This document shows, piece by piece, positions 10,257 through 23,544 of a stretch of DNA of 32,984 nt. Positions within the stretch are counted from its first letter, which is position 1. Every line of letters starts with the position of its first letter. The stretch is taken from contig NC_068990.1 of assembly GCF_001194135.2 (NCBI RefSeq), forward strand, positions 40,300,468-40,333,451, given 5' to 3'. The notes beneath the pieces were generated by a model that had not been told where the DNA came from, ran no database searches, and saw only the letters and a list, made by a program, of their open reading frames with translations. The translations under genes were made by a program, and so were the position numbers. This DNA is from Octopus bimaculoides. Its lineage: Eukaryota.

Positions 10257-12290
10257 TTTCACTTATTTAAATCAAAATATCTGAAAGAGAAAAAAAAAGT
10301 GGCATATCATGAAATACGAGGCATATATAATGCATATAAAAACACATATAGAGACTAGAACATTTTGAGGTTGTCATATTGCCAAAAGAAAATAAAATAA
10401 ACATAAGTGGTATTTCCAGTACATATGCGTGTGTGATTGTCTGTTTGTGTCTATGTGTATCACATATATATATATATATATATATANNNNNNNNNNNNNN
10501 NNNNNNNNNNNNNNNNNNNNNNNNNNNNNNNNNNNNNNNNNNNNNNNNNNNNNNNNNNNNNNNNNNNNNNNNNNNNNNNNNNNNNNNNNNNNNNNNNNNN
10601 NNNNNNNNNNNNNNNNNNNNNNNNNNNNNNNNNNNNNNNNNNNNNNNNNNNNNNNNNNNNNNNNNNNNNNNNNNNNNNNNNNNNNNNNNNNNNNNNNNNN
10701 NNNNNNNNNNNNNNNNNNNNNNNNNNNNNNNNNNNNNNNNNNNNNNNNNNNNNNNNNNNNNNNNNNNNNNNNNNNNNNNNNNNNNNNNNNNNNNNNNNNN
10801 NNNNNNNNNNNNNNNNNNNNNNNNNNNNNNNNNNNNNNNNNNNNNNNNNNNNNNNNNNNNNNNNNNNNNNNNNNNNNNNNNNATATATATATATATATAT
10901 ATATATATATACGTACACACACACACTTGTATATATATATATATGCATATATACTCATTACCTATCGCTAGTTGGCGTAAAATCAAATCCACCCACCGCA
11001 TTTCCTATATTTGCCAAAATTTCAAATTTTTATTGAATTAAGTTACCTCTATAATATATGCTACATTTTTAAAAATTATATTTAGTCTATGAATTGCAAG
11101 GATAATCTTAGTTAATCAAAGTTTTATCCCTAAGTTGTACATCTGGGACTTTGCAATATTTGTATTTAGTATGCAGAACAATCTAAGGTACCCCTCCCCC
11201 TCAGCTAGAGCGCACGCACATACACACACACACACAAACACACACACATATTGCAAAGGAGAGAATTGTTTTTTTATATACTTGTTAATTAAATCAAAGC
11301 CGAGGCTTCGCTCGGTTGTAATCTTAGATTATGATTCTATAACGTACTTCAAGTACCCGCATATACGAGTATTCATACAAACAGCCACTCTTGTATACCA
11401 ACTTATACAAGTATTGATAGAAACATAAATACACACACACACATGCATAACATGTGAATTTTCCGTTATTTTCGACGAGTATTCCAGTTGTTCAATCTAC
11501 TTGTACATCTGGTTGAGAATCCCAGAGACAAAGGTACCCTTCGTGCAATCCCCATGAAAAATCAGCGCGATCGTGTTTGACAAGATGCCAACTGTTCGGT
11601 GCAGTTTTAGTCTGCACTGTTTCTTTCACGAGATTTGGACCGACTCGAAGCTACAGACAAAAACATTTTCCCAGAAGCCATTCAGAGCGATCGAATTCAG
11701 GGGCTCATGTTTTTGCAGGTAACCTTTGGGTCACTCCGTCATCGCTGCAGTAACTGAGAACCCTGTATAAATGCAAGTGCACTTGTATATAGACGTGTGC
11801 ACATTTCATTAGAAGCTGAAATTTCACAAAGCGTTACTCAGAGTTTCTCATTTTCAATTTCGACGATTATCTAATAATGGGACATATTTGAGAGTAGAGT
11901 GGAGATATCATGTTTTGATTGGATATATGTGAAACAGATGGATGAAACAGAAGATAAATTGGAAACAGAAGACAATATTATCGTTCGATACAGAAGTGAA
12001 AAGACGGAGAGGAGAATTTTCGTATTAAATCGTTATGCTTTATCAGCTAACCAAAACATATATTCTAAATTAATATATACAGAGCTTTCTGAAAAAAGGA
12101 CTACTTTGGGAAAATATGCAATATTTTTCGTGCTGGGTACATACATCGATTCTTATACAAGAAATATAGGGATAACGTTTTTCCCCTTTTTCATCTGACC
12201 GAAAACAAAGCTTTTTTTCACTCGTGTTGTAGTCAATTCCAATGAATTTGAACAATTTATTCAAAATTAGGGAAGAAGCGAGAGAAAATC

Positions 12291-13514
12291 TGAGAGGTGC
12301 ATTCCAGAAGTTATTGTCCTAAATTATTGCAAATTTGAAATATCATTACAATACAACTAATATACTGACCTACCGGCACTTTTTGCAGATTAAAGGAGAC
12401 GGCTGTAACAACACTTTGAACACATCCTACTAAACACTGCGTGTCACAGCTGACTAGTTTTCAGAATGCATTTAGGATGTGAAGACAACTTGGAAGCTCA
12501 CTATGCAATAAAATTTTGTGTTAAACTGCGTAAAAACGCTACAGAAACTTATGAAATGCTCCAGACTGCTAATGGACTAACTTGTAGGAGCTGGGCATCT
12601 TGTCACTGGCACAAGGAGTTCAAAGATTGTAGAGAAGAGGTGAGAGACGAGAGAGGTGCAGGAGGTAGAGGGACATCAGAACATAATCGCAATTTTCTGG
12701 ATGAAGAACATTTATAAAGACAATAAGCATACAGTTTGGATTAGGCGTCGAAATTGTACACTGAATTATTCACGAAGATCTGAGCATGCGCAAAATTTGA
12801 GCGAATTTTATTCCCAGAGTGCAGAGAGACGAACGGAAGGAAAGACGCGTTGGTGACAGCAAGAAGATGGTTGAGTTCATTACCTCCAATCCCAGAGTAC
12901 CTGAATCTCTCATGCCCTGTGAGAAAAGCTGGATCTACTCGTACGATTCAAACACCAAGAGACAGAGTGTTTAATGGAAGCATCCTAGCTCCTCCAGACC
13001 CAAACAGGTTCACCAGGAAGCTCAGGATGATCCACCTTTCCGACAGCAAGGGCATTATCTACATCTACTGGCTTCTCTCTGGTCAGAAGATCAACAAATG
13101 GTACTTTGTGAAGATTTTGTGGGATTTCAGGAAGAGATTCCCCTCGGATCAGCGGCACGTGCCCCAGAGCAATGTATCAGTCCCCAGATCCATTCTGGTA
13201 ACCAACTACTTAACGAAGATAGAATCAAAACTGTCCCTCACCCTCCCTACAGTCCAGACCATGGTCCCTGTAACTTTTGCTTGTTCCCCAAGCTGAAAGA
13301 GGACCTCAGGGGAAAATCGTTTTGAAGAAAGCAGTGACAAACATCTTGAGCACCTTCACTCTGGAGGACTTCCATGGACCCTTCACGAAATGGCTGGAGT
13401 GCTACAACAAGTGCATTGAAATCAGAGGATCCTATTTTGAAGGAGTTTTGTACTTCTTTGAAATTAATAAATGTCTCCCATGAAAAAATCTCAAATTTTC
13501 TGAAATGCACTTTG
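12291..13514 (+). pseudogene. Mariner transposon relic with degenerate terminal inverted repeats (TIRs); transposase at about 12466-13440
   Basis: Fragments read HYAIKFCVKLRKNATETYEML, FIPRV (WVPREL-like), EKSWIYSYDSNTKRQS, FDSKGII and HPPYSPDHGPCNFCLFPKLKE (YSPDL motif). The ends TGAGAGGTGCATTCCAGAAG and TTTCTGAAATGCACTTTG-TA are imperfect inverted repeats. Confidence 0.88.
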
Positions 13515-14029
13515 TACAGTCAATTGCTTCCAAAGTTGAAGCTTTTCTGCTCAAATTATTTATTTACATTTATAGCCAAATCTTTCATGCACTTGAGTAG
13601 TAAAAGTCCACAAAAGCTTATATTTTCAGGCAAGCAAAGAAATTATCTAAGTCGTTGTCAGCACATTTAACATTTAAGTAATACAGTGGAAATATATAAG
13701 ATATTACTGAAATGTAAGATGCAACTGTTTAGTTGGGGCCTAAATTCCAATGACAGAGAAGAATTATTTCTTTTGTTAGAATCCAGACAATGCATTATCG
13801 CAAGAACTCCAAAAAGAAAAGAGACTGACAAGCGCGCGAGCACGCATGTCTGCAACGTGATACTCACTCCGACTCCACCTAAACGCGCTGATACCAGCAA
13901 TTGTGGTATCTATGGGCGACGGTCAGCAAAGTTAGAGTATACAGAACAGAGTGAAACATCAACTCAATCTTGGCCTAAGATTTCTCGCTCTACTATCATT
14001 TCCAGTTAAGAATTTAACATTCAGGTAAT

Positions 14030-14430
14030 CACATACATACATACATACATACATACATACACATATAGAAACCGGCTCTTTCTCTATTAGCAAATCTTGA
14101 AATAAAACGGAACAATGACATACATACATACATACATACATACATACATACATACAAGCATACTTATGTGCAAAATGTTCAGACAGTATAACATGGTTTT
14201 TGAAGTAATATTTAATGTAAAAAGCGCCCATAAATGTCACGTGTACTGATGTATTTGTTTATTTATGTGTTCTAGATTAATAAAGTTAAAAATATAAACG
14301 AAAGAAGAATGAAAATAGTAATTAATACCAGTTGAATTACTCCTAGATATCCAGAGGATCGAATATCAGGTTTTGGAGTATGTGTAGGTATTGTGCATGC
14401 GTATTTTTCTGTGTGTGAGAGAGTATGTAC

Positions 14431-14516
<86 letters not shown>

Positions 14517-14664
14517 GTGTGTATAGAGAAATGCAAAAACACAGATAGGAGGTAGACATAGATAAAAGCACAAACACACACCATAACCAAAGAAAGAGAA
14601 AGAAAGATAGAAAGAAATATAGAAAGAAAGATAGAAAGACAGACAGACAGATAGATAGACAAAC

Positions 14665-14702
<38 letters not shown>

Positions 14703-14736
14703 GCAGAAAGAGAGACAGGCAGACAGACAGACAGAC

Positions 14737-14782
<46 letters not shown>

Positions 14783-14896
14783 TTAGATAGATAGATTCTC
14801 AATACACGCTTCTATAGACAGGTGATATCAAGTTACTAAATCCATAAAAATAGACATCGTATTCCCTGAAATTCGAAGAATATGCGTTTCACACAC

Positions 14897-14933
<37 letters not shown>

Positions 14934-14950
14934 CGCTCTCTCTATCTCTC
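14030..14950. repeat. Microsatellite cluster: (ACAT)n, (TG)n, (AGAA/AGAC/AGAT)n, (CT)n
   Basis: Direct reading: about 14030-14120, 14432-14522, 14590-14795 and 14900-14950. Confidence 0.9.
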
Positions 14951-15431
14951 TCCATTTTGCCATTTCTCTCGCTTCCTCTGTGTGTATGCGTGTGTCTTTG
15001 TGGGTGTTTGTATACAAAAGCGTGAGTGTGTGAAGATTTTGAGATAGTTCTCCAGTTTATGACTGGTTTCTTAGTGCGAGAAGGATTTTGAAAAGCTCAT
15101 CAGCGATGGCAGACTTTCAACTAGGTCAGGGATCGAAGCAGTGTAAAGATTCACTTCTTCTATCATAATGGCTCAAAACTATGAAATCTGAAGTTACCAA
15201 AGCAACACAGTCAATCCGATGAGAAAATGTCCCTCCTCTACATTTCATTCGTGGACGTCGATCTAACTTAGACACTACTCAAACTATATTCCAAACATGC
15301 AAACCCCTCGTCTCATTTCTCTCAGGGACAATCTCATCTTAAAACTCATCGTCTTAAATCTATCTCTACTGTCAAGGTTACACCTTATATTCCATCTTCC
15401 TTCTAAATGCTGATATCTGTATCCATCTTAC

Positions 15432-15585
15432 TGTTGTGTCGACGTCCCCAAGCGAAGAAGTAGGATCGCCCAAGACATATAAATAGAGGTAGTCCAGCCG
15501 TGGTAGAGGAGTTGAGTAGCCGTCGTGTAGCGATTGAGTAGAGATCATCCGAAGGTGCTAGATAGCAGCAGCTTGAGACATAACA
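15432..15585 (+). mobile_element. Solo-LTR-like element, copy 2 (154 bp)
   Basis: The termini are TGTTGTGTC...GACATAACA. The 5-bp TSD CTTAC lies at 15427-15431 and 15586-15590, and TATAAATA is at 15478-15485. It is the reverse complement of copy 1, lacking about one internal ~10-nt repeat unit. Confidence 0.8.
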
Positions 15586-16752
15586 CTTACCCTCCTGAAT
15601 ATTATCAACAGATTTCTAGTTTCTCAGAATCAAAGTATCTTTTACTCGCTCATCTAAGTTTATCTGAAATTTCCCAGCTATTTTGAGGGATCAACTCTAT
15701 AAAGGTAAATGTTCTAGCTAGTTGTTCTTTCTCTTGTAAGGCCACATTATTTTACAAAGCTTCATTATTTTAAAGATATATTATTTTACAATGTTACAGT
15801 ATTCTATACAACAGTATGTGATTTCAGGAATATTTGGCAGATATTTCTAGCAGCTCGAATGATGATACTGATGCTTCCTAGTTATTCAACTTGTTTTTTG
15901 TCCGTATTTTTCACATATCTCATATTAACTCCTCCTCCTCCCTCATATCATTGTCCTCAATGACTTCAATAAATAAGACTCTATTAGTTATCGAATTCTT
16001 CCCACATCAACGCCTCCGGCAATGAATCCCAATAATTTACCATTATGAAATGTCTGCATAAGTTAATATCGTCGCCTTCTGCATCTTGATCAACACATCA
16101 ATCTTATACATTTTTTAAAAATTTCTTTCTTAGCTCCAAAATCAGCCCTAAACTCTATTTTCATTCAATCGTGTGAGTGAAGCTTAATCGAGACAATCCA
16201 TCTCACATATTCCAACAGCACAACACACTCCACAACCGAACCTTCTAGTTCAAACCAGCTACCAGACTGGAACTCCACCAGATTTATGTCAACTATTCCT
16301 GAACAACAAGGCAGTTCGTTTCTGTCCCACCTAAGACAGCTAAACAGAGGGCAGAAACCTCTTACGCGTGTCCCTTTATATTCCTTACACAACCAAATCC
16401 CATAATTCCCAAATGATTTATTCGCAGCTGTAATATAGCAGAAATACTTGCGAAAAATGTTATCTACAACATAAACACGAAGTCTCAATAATCACTAAAT
16501 AGATGTTTAATCCCCAGTTAGCGTCTGCCAGACGGCCAACAGGGCAGTAAATATCTTTGTACATTGCATGTTCTGGAAGCATTCTTTCCTCTTTCTAAAC
16601 AAACTTGTTTGACTACGTGGTGTTGCATTGAAAAACAGGCTTTCCGGTTTGTTCAACGGTATTTCTCCACTTCACCTCGCCACCAGTTATACACAGTTGC
16701 CAAGTGTGAAAACTCTGGTTGCTTCAATCTAGCCCAAGACGGCGTCCGGTCC

Positions 16753-16957
16753 TACCCTTTATTATTCACATTATTCTGTCAAAAGTAATGCTTTTTAAAC
16801 CACATCTTGTAGCTATGATATTTTGATGCGGTAACTGTTAATTTTTTTTAGAATGATATTGTAGGGTTGGTGCAAGAAGTCAGACCTGGCCAGTTTGAAC
16901 ATAAAACAGGCAGAATCTTTTGGCCGGATATGGCCAGTTTAAATGCTAAAGTGTTAA
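16753..16957. mobile_element. MITE with degenerate CCCTTTA...TAAAG(T)G termini and a TTAA flank (piggyBac-like)
   Basis: The left end is TACCCTTTATTATTCA and the right end is AAATGCTAAAGTGTTAA. It resembles, from memory, a common octopus MITE. The termini are eroded. Confidence 0.5.
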
Positions 16958-17491
16958 AACATTGCATTCTCCAGCTAACCGGCCCTATTCTCGCCAGATA
17001 CTTTTAATGTCATCAAACTTGTCAAATTACCCCCCACCTCTCTATCTCTCTCTCTCTCTCTCTCTCTCCCTCGTTCTCTTTTTTACAAAGATTTAACCAA
17101 ATATATTGAAACATGCTCATGACTCTCATTTTCAACAAGTATCGTCTGCTATCGATCGGTCACTATCACATTCAACGTATCAAAGATGATGGAAACAGCT
17201 GTATACAGTCTGGTGTCTCTTTCCCTTTAATATCTCAGTTCCCAGTAACCAACAGCACAGTTTCTACAGAACATGATCCACTGAAGAATTCTTTGGTGCT
17301 CTTATTTTATTATGACTAGCAGAACGTTTGCTGTAGGTCCAGATCTAAAGGAAAGAAATCTTTTTCTTTCTCTTTCTCTTTCTTCTCTGCGACCACTGGT
17401 ACGGTTTCTGAAGACCGACTTCTGTCTACCTTTTTTTTTTCTCTTTTATAGCACTCGTTCACTCTAGTTCTTAAGAACTTAGGCAAAGGCT

Positions 17492-17879
17492 GTGGAGGCG
17501 CAATGGCCCAATGGTTAGGACAGCGGACTCGCGGTCGTAGGATCGCGGTTTCGATTCCCAGACCGGGCGTTGTGAGTGTTTATTGAGCGAAAACACCTAA
17601 AGCTCCACGAGGCTCCGGCAGGGGATGGTGGCGAACCCTATTATACTCTTTCACCACAACTTTCTCTCACTCTTTCTTCCTTTTTCTGTTGTACCTGTAT
17701 TTCAAAGGGCCAGTCTTGTCACACTCTGTGTCACGCTGAATTTTCTCGAGAACTACGTTAAGGGTACACGTGTCTGTGGAGTGCTCAGCCACTTGCACGT
17801 TAATTTCACGAGCAGGTTGTTCCGTTGATCGGATCAACTGGATCCCTCGTCGTCGTAACCGACGGAGTGCCAACAACAA
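17492..17879 (+). mobile_element. tRNA-derived SINE, family A, copy 2, with an 11-bp TSD
   Basis: It has Pol III A and B boxes and a (CAA)n tail. The TSD AGGCAAAGGCT lies at 17481-17491 and 17880-17890. Confidence 0.9.
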
Positions 17880-19914
17880 AGGCAAAGGCTATATAATTAC
17901 ACGTGATATACGCAAAACTTTTCACAAGAGGACCTATGTGCTATGCTTCGGTTGGAATATACTTCTCTATATAGATATAAAATCTGGGCATCACAGTTGA
18001 TTTCACTTGTTGGTTTAAAGACTCATATCGCATTTTTTAGATCCTTCAAAGACATTATATCAATATGAGGGTTTTCCTAGTTTGATTCAGCATGATTACG
18101 ATGACCTCAGCCTCATAAATAATGGAATGAGATGATGTATATTTGGTCTAAGTAATAAATGCTTTATTCTTTATATCTCTATTGTTCCACCCATCTACAG
18201 TTCTACCTGTTTATCTAATCATATTATTTCCCCGTATTTTTTGTTTTTCATCATTCCCTCATCATGACCATCATTATCAGTACAAATACACTTTACGGAA
18301 TAAGTACATAAGGAATGGATACATGTTAATTCCCAGTCTGTTCTTAAACGAAAGAAAACGGATTTTTGTTAAAGAACTCGTTCAAATTACTCGTTAAAGA
18401 ACTCGTTCTTAAAAGAACTCGTTCTTTTAAGGCAAGACTAATACTTCAGTCGTAGGAAGACACTCCTAAATTGAAGATGCTCTCACTCAGCGGGAATAAA
18501 ACCCAGGCAAACCAAATATGGCATACATCAAGAACAATGTTCGTTCTATATATAAACATAATATTCAAATTTCCGCATTATCTATTCATTACATAAATGT
18601 AAATTCGAAATAATCGACAAGGCAAACATACCCTTATTTTAGGTTAATTTTTTCTACCAAACTATCAAAGGTAATATGCTCTAAATTGGAACGCCAACAG
18701 ACTGGGGTACAGACTAGATGCTGAATCAAAGACATTGATGAAGTTAACCTAGATTTTGTTGTGGGGTCACTCATAGCTATATGCAGCAGTTCAAGCATTT
18801 TTGACCCTAGGTAGTAGCATTCAAGTGTCTCTAGAAGATGAACAAATGAAATATATCTAATCACACTAGTACAGCATCTTGACAGGTATGAAAGTAATAC
18901 ACATGCAAACTTTCACCCTATTACATCAATTATTCTCGAAGCTATTGTGATCTACATATTGCTGCTCGTAATCAGAATTGTCATTTTGAGAAAAACGCAT
19001 AAAACGCTGGAAATGGTTGATTTTACAACAATGCCCAACTACATAAGGATAATATCCACATTTTAGTGAAATATCTGCAGTTTTGCAATGTCCAATTAGG
19101 CCCAGAGGCATATCCTTTGCTATTTTTATGAGATCTTGCTATCTGAAATCTGAGGTATTAGTCTTGCCTTACTGAAATATGCTTAGATTCAGTTTTAATG
19201 TTTTGAGTACTTTATGTGGTTAGAAGTTCCTCTGAAGAGGTGACCCATGTTTTAGCTATATATAAATACTTACAAACACATACATATACATATATATATG
19301 CATATATNNNNNNNNNNNNNNNNNNNNNNNNNNNNNNNNNNNNNNNNNNNNNNNNNNNNNNNNNNNNNNNNNNNNNNNNNNNNNNNNNNNNNNNNNNNNN
19401 NNNNNNNNNNNNNNNNNNNNNNNNNNNNNNNNNNNNNNNNNNNNNNNNNNNNNNNNNNNNNNNNNNNNNNNNNNNNNNNNNNNNNNNNNNNNNNNNNNNN
19501 NNNNNNNNNNNNNNNNNNNNNNNNNNNNNNNNNNNNNNNNNNNNNNNNNNNNNNNNNNNNNNNNNNNNNNNNNNNNNNNNNNNNNNNNNNNNNNNNNNNN
19601 NNNNNNNNNNNNNNNNNNNNNNNNNNNNNNNNNNNNNNNNNNNNNNNNNNNNNNNNNNNNNNNNNNNNNNNNNNNNNNNNNNNNNNNNNNNNNNNNNNNN
19701 NNNNNNNNNNNNNNNNNNNNNNNNNNNNNNNNNNNNNNNNNNNNNNNNNNNNNNNNNNNNNNNNNNNNNNNNNNNNNNNNNNNNNNNNNNNNNNNNNNNN
19801 NNNNNNNNNNNNNNNNNNNNNNNNNNNNNNNNNNNNNNNNNNNNNNNNNNNNNNNNNNNNNNNNNNNNNGGTATGTACATACATGTACGTATATATGCAT
19901 ATACTCATATATTA

Positions 19915-19950
<36 letters not shown>

Positions 19951-20264
19951 CACATATACAACACACACATATACACACGCACGCGCAGTCACAAAGGTTG
20001 TTGAATTGAATGTTTTGCACACTCAACAGCGCTACCCCTAATGTTTGCCAAAACTAGCACCACCCAAAAATATAACACGCTACATAGCCACAGCCACCCC
20101 AGTACCCTGTACTCCATACGCAACTACCGAAAACTTAGCACCTCCTCTAAAATTACTGCCATTATCATCACTATCAACAACAGCAGTAAACCTGCTTTTT
20201 AGGACCAGAGCCAGCCTCCGTTTCTGTGTCTGCTTGGGTGTGTGTGTATACTCGCGCGTACGTA

Positions 20265-20309
<45 letters not shown>

Positions 20310-20438
20310 GATTACACACATGCACCCGGGTAAGGTGATACCCTAAACACGAGCGATATCCATTGTAATTAGCAGCTGTCAGCTTTTAGCATCTTACTTA
20401 ACAATTATATCACAGTTTTAGCTCTGTTACCAACTTAA

Positions 20439-21060
20439 GTGGTGGTGGTGGTGGTGGTTCGGCGGCGGCGGCAGTCNNNNNNNNNNNNNNNNNNNNNNNN
20501 NNNNNNNNNNNNNNNNNNNNNNNNNNNNNNNNNNNNNNNNNNNNNNNNNNNNNNNNNNNNNNNNNNNNNNNNNNNNNNNNNNNNNNNNNNNNNNNNNNNN
20601 NNNNNNNNNNNNNNNNNNNNNNNNNNNNNNAGTGGTGGCGGTGGTGGCGGTGGTACTAATGCTGGTGTTTGCGATTGTAGTGGTGGTAGCAGTGGTGGTG
20701 GAAACAGTAGTATTAGCTATCGTAGTAGTTTGCACCGTGGTGCTGCTGGTAGTGTTGGTGGCGGCGACGGTGGTAGCTGTGGAGGAGGTGGTGGTGGTGG
20801 TGGTGGAGGTAGTCATAGTGGTGATTGTGGTGGTGTTTGTTGTTATTGTTGGTTGTGGCTGTCGGTGGTTGTCATATTCGAAAGTACTGTTTGCGGTTGT
20901 TGGTAGTGGTTTTGGTGGTTTGTTGGTGTGACGGAGGGAAAGCTGATGGTAGCGGTGTTAGAAGTGATGGAGGTAGTGGACTACTAAAGGCTGTGGTTTG
21001 AGAGAAGAGAAGTTGAAGCGGTAGTGTGAGCAGTGGTGGGGTGACTGTGGGGTGGAAGCA
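20439..21060. repeat. Degenerate (GGT/GTG)n low-complexity tract with N-gap 20477-20630
   Basis: Direct reading. It is the source of the poly-T/G/V ORFs. Confidence 0.85.
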
Positions 21061-22545
21061 TGTATAGATGTATTAGAATGTAAGGGAATGTCCGCTCATT
21101 TTTTTTTATATGCAAGTCAATAGGGAAGGGAGTACCCATGATCGCTTTCAGAGCCTTCGAAACAAAACGGAAGAGGGGGAGGGATTATGAAACCAGATAC
21201 TCGAACAATTTGGACTCCGCCATTTATGAATAGCAGAAACACGTGTCGGGAATTAAATCTAACGTGAATTTAATGCGAAATGTGAAGAATATTGTAATAA
21301 ACAAGGTTTGAAGATGTATAATTCTCCATTCTTTTTCAGTGTGGGGGGTAGGTGTGCGTGGGGTTTGGAGGGGGTGCGTATGTGTGAATATGTGCGTGAA
21401 AATTTGGGTTAGTTAAAATATGTTTATGATATATTTCAATTGCTGAAAGACAAAATCCCTGCAATTACCGTGGAGAAAATTTCCTCTTATGGTAAAAGAT
21501 GTAAAAACACCATATCTGTCCATTATCGCCATCTATTAGGATTCCCAAACAGTGAAGCTTCTAGCTCCTTAGAAACATCAATGTCTAAGAATCCTTAGCC
21601 TCATACTAATACGAAGAGGCATTGCTGGTCCGTGGTTAACTCTACAGGCATAGCAGTGTAACTGTTAAGCCTATCCAAAATGCGTCGGAAATGACAAGAT
21701 TGTTTTCAAAGTACATGTTCAGTGTTCTCCAAACGTTGGATATTAAATATGCCGAGTAGATTCTGTCTTTTTGGGGATCAATCCTTCAATAGAGGCCATC
21801 ACGAAGATCGCCCGTGATCTTCTTTTGACTTCCTTTTCCAGTGAGGGAAAAGGATATTGTGATGGTCATGTATAACGATAGAGGTTTTACACTGAAAGAG
21901 CCCACGTCAACATTTCCAAGCGCTGTTTTACAGGAAAAGGTAAATATAGAGAGCGAAATGCATCCTCAGTAAATTTGCAGAATGTTAGGTGAGGTGGAGA
22001 AGGGGAACGAGATTGTCATGGCAGAATGAGTCTGGCAGAAAACCAGAGATCGGAAAAGTGAGGGGAAACTTGGTTTACGTAGTACAGGCCCTTAATAGCA
22101 AGGATTGTCCAAAAGCTGTTCGGAACCTTAATTGGTCCTATGTGTCTATCGTTTTTCGAGGCCTATAGCACACACACACACACATACACACGTGTGTGTG
22201 TGTGTGTGTACCATATATTTATGCTGTTCCACTCTCTTCCACATTCTCACACCCTGCTGTTTGTGTGTTTGTTTTACGATGTCGCTCATTCGTTGAGCTT
22301 ACGGCGAAATAGAATTAACAAAATACATCCAGTGTTCACTTAAGCAATATTATTTTATATGTGTGGTCTGCAGTTATTTATGAAATAGATTAGTGTGTAC
22401 GAGAGCATTACGCTAAACTTTTCTATCTAATTTTTCACACTCGACATTTTCCTGTCCTCTGTTACTTTGTCTCACATTTCGGGGATTCATATCAATTACA
22501 TACTTAGTGTTTATGAGTACATATATCAGTCTGCAGTGTGTAGAG

Positions 22546-22860
22546 CAGTGCTACTCAAAAAGTGTGGTCCGAGGACCGGTGCCGATCCGCGAGCCATCAG
22601 CTGCCGGTACGCAGCCAGTTTCCAGAAAAGAAAGAAACATAAAATGCTTATAAAATGCTTATAAAACGCTTATGTAATATCATATTATTTGTTTACAAAA
22701 TAAATATAAGATTTTAAAAATTGTCAACTTTTATTGTATTCTTTAGATATATTGTTTCCGGTATAAATTAATATTACTAAGAAATATTACCGGTCCCTGG
22801 CACATTGGAAAAAAAAAAGAAACTGCCGGTACGCCACGTCATATAATTTGAGAAGCACTG
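22546..22860. mobile_element. hAT (Charlie-like) MITE
   Basis: The TIRs are CAGTGCTACTCAAA and TTTGAGAAGCACTG (13/14 match). The 8-bp flanks GTGTAGAG (22538-22545) and GCGTAAAG (22861-22868) match at 6/8, consistent with an aged 8-bp TSD. Confidence 0.8.
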
Positions 22861-23448
22861 GCGTAAAGTATATAGTCAAGGTCAGTATGTATATGCACAC
22901 CTGTGTGTATGTGTGTGTATGCCTGAAGCACGGTTATTCATGTAAGTATGTATGTATATCATATAAGCGATGATGTATAGAGAGTTGATAGCAGTTTGCA
23001 CATGCATACCAATGCCTATATCTTCGGTGTGCGTGTGTGTGTGTGTGTGTGTGCGTATGCAGGTGTGTGTATACAGTGAGATTTATACAAGCGCCAACAA
23101 TTTGTATATAAATGTGTGCATCTGTAAGAGCATGTATATATATGTATGCACGATGAAATATTGACAGTTGATGCCAATGATAGCTTGCTGTACACACTAC
23201 TGTTATCAAGATTGACTGCGAGAATCACTGAAAGAGATTTACTGTCTTATAACCGGCGGTACTGATATCATTTCAACCACACCAGTTCATGGTGTATTCC
23301 CAGCTGGGAATATACAATACGCTATACACCCAAAAGGTCACAAACACACATACGCACATCCTTGCATAAATGGATTTCCCGTACAATTATTAAATTTTGC
23401 TGCCTTCGTGCGCTCACAAACATAAGTATATACTCACATACAAGCACA

Positions 23449-23485
<37 letters not shown>

Positions 23486-23544
23486 NNNNNNNNNNNNNNN
23501 NNNNNNNNNNNNNNNNTATATATGTATATATGTGTATGTATATA

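Noticed and set aside
11630-11704. Minus-strand peptide APEFDRSEWLLGKCFCL*LRVGPNL resembling GST-mu exon 3 ([23 protein letters not shown])
   Set aside because: It has an in-frame stop, needs two insertions to align, lacks a pyrimidine tract at the putative acceptor, and no other GST segments are nearby. It is probably chance. TBLASTN with mollusc mu-GSTs would settle it.
11899-12198. 99-aa ORF (MEISCFDW...)
   Set aside because: It has no recognisable domain or splice context, and its length is within chance expectation.
15057-15105. CTGATGA...GAAACCAGTC on the minus strand
   Set aside because: Stem II does not close and stem I does not pair, so it is not a hammerhead.
21500-22000. Possible LINE RT remnant on minus (LDIDVSKELE resembling LDISKAFD)
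   Set aside because: It is too degraded to support without a search.
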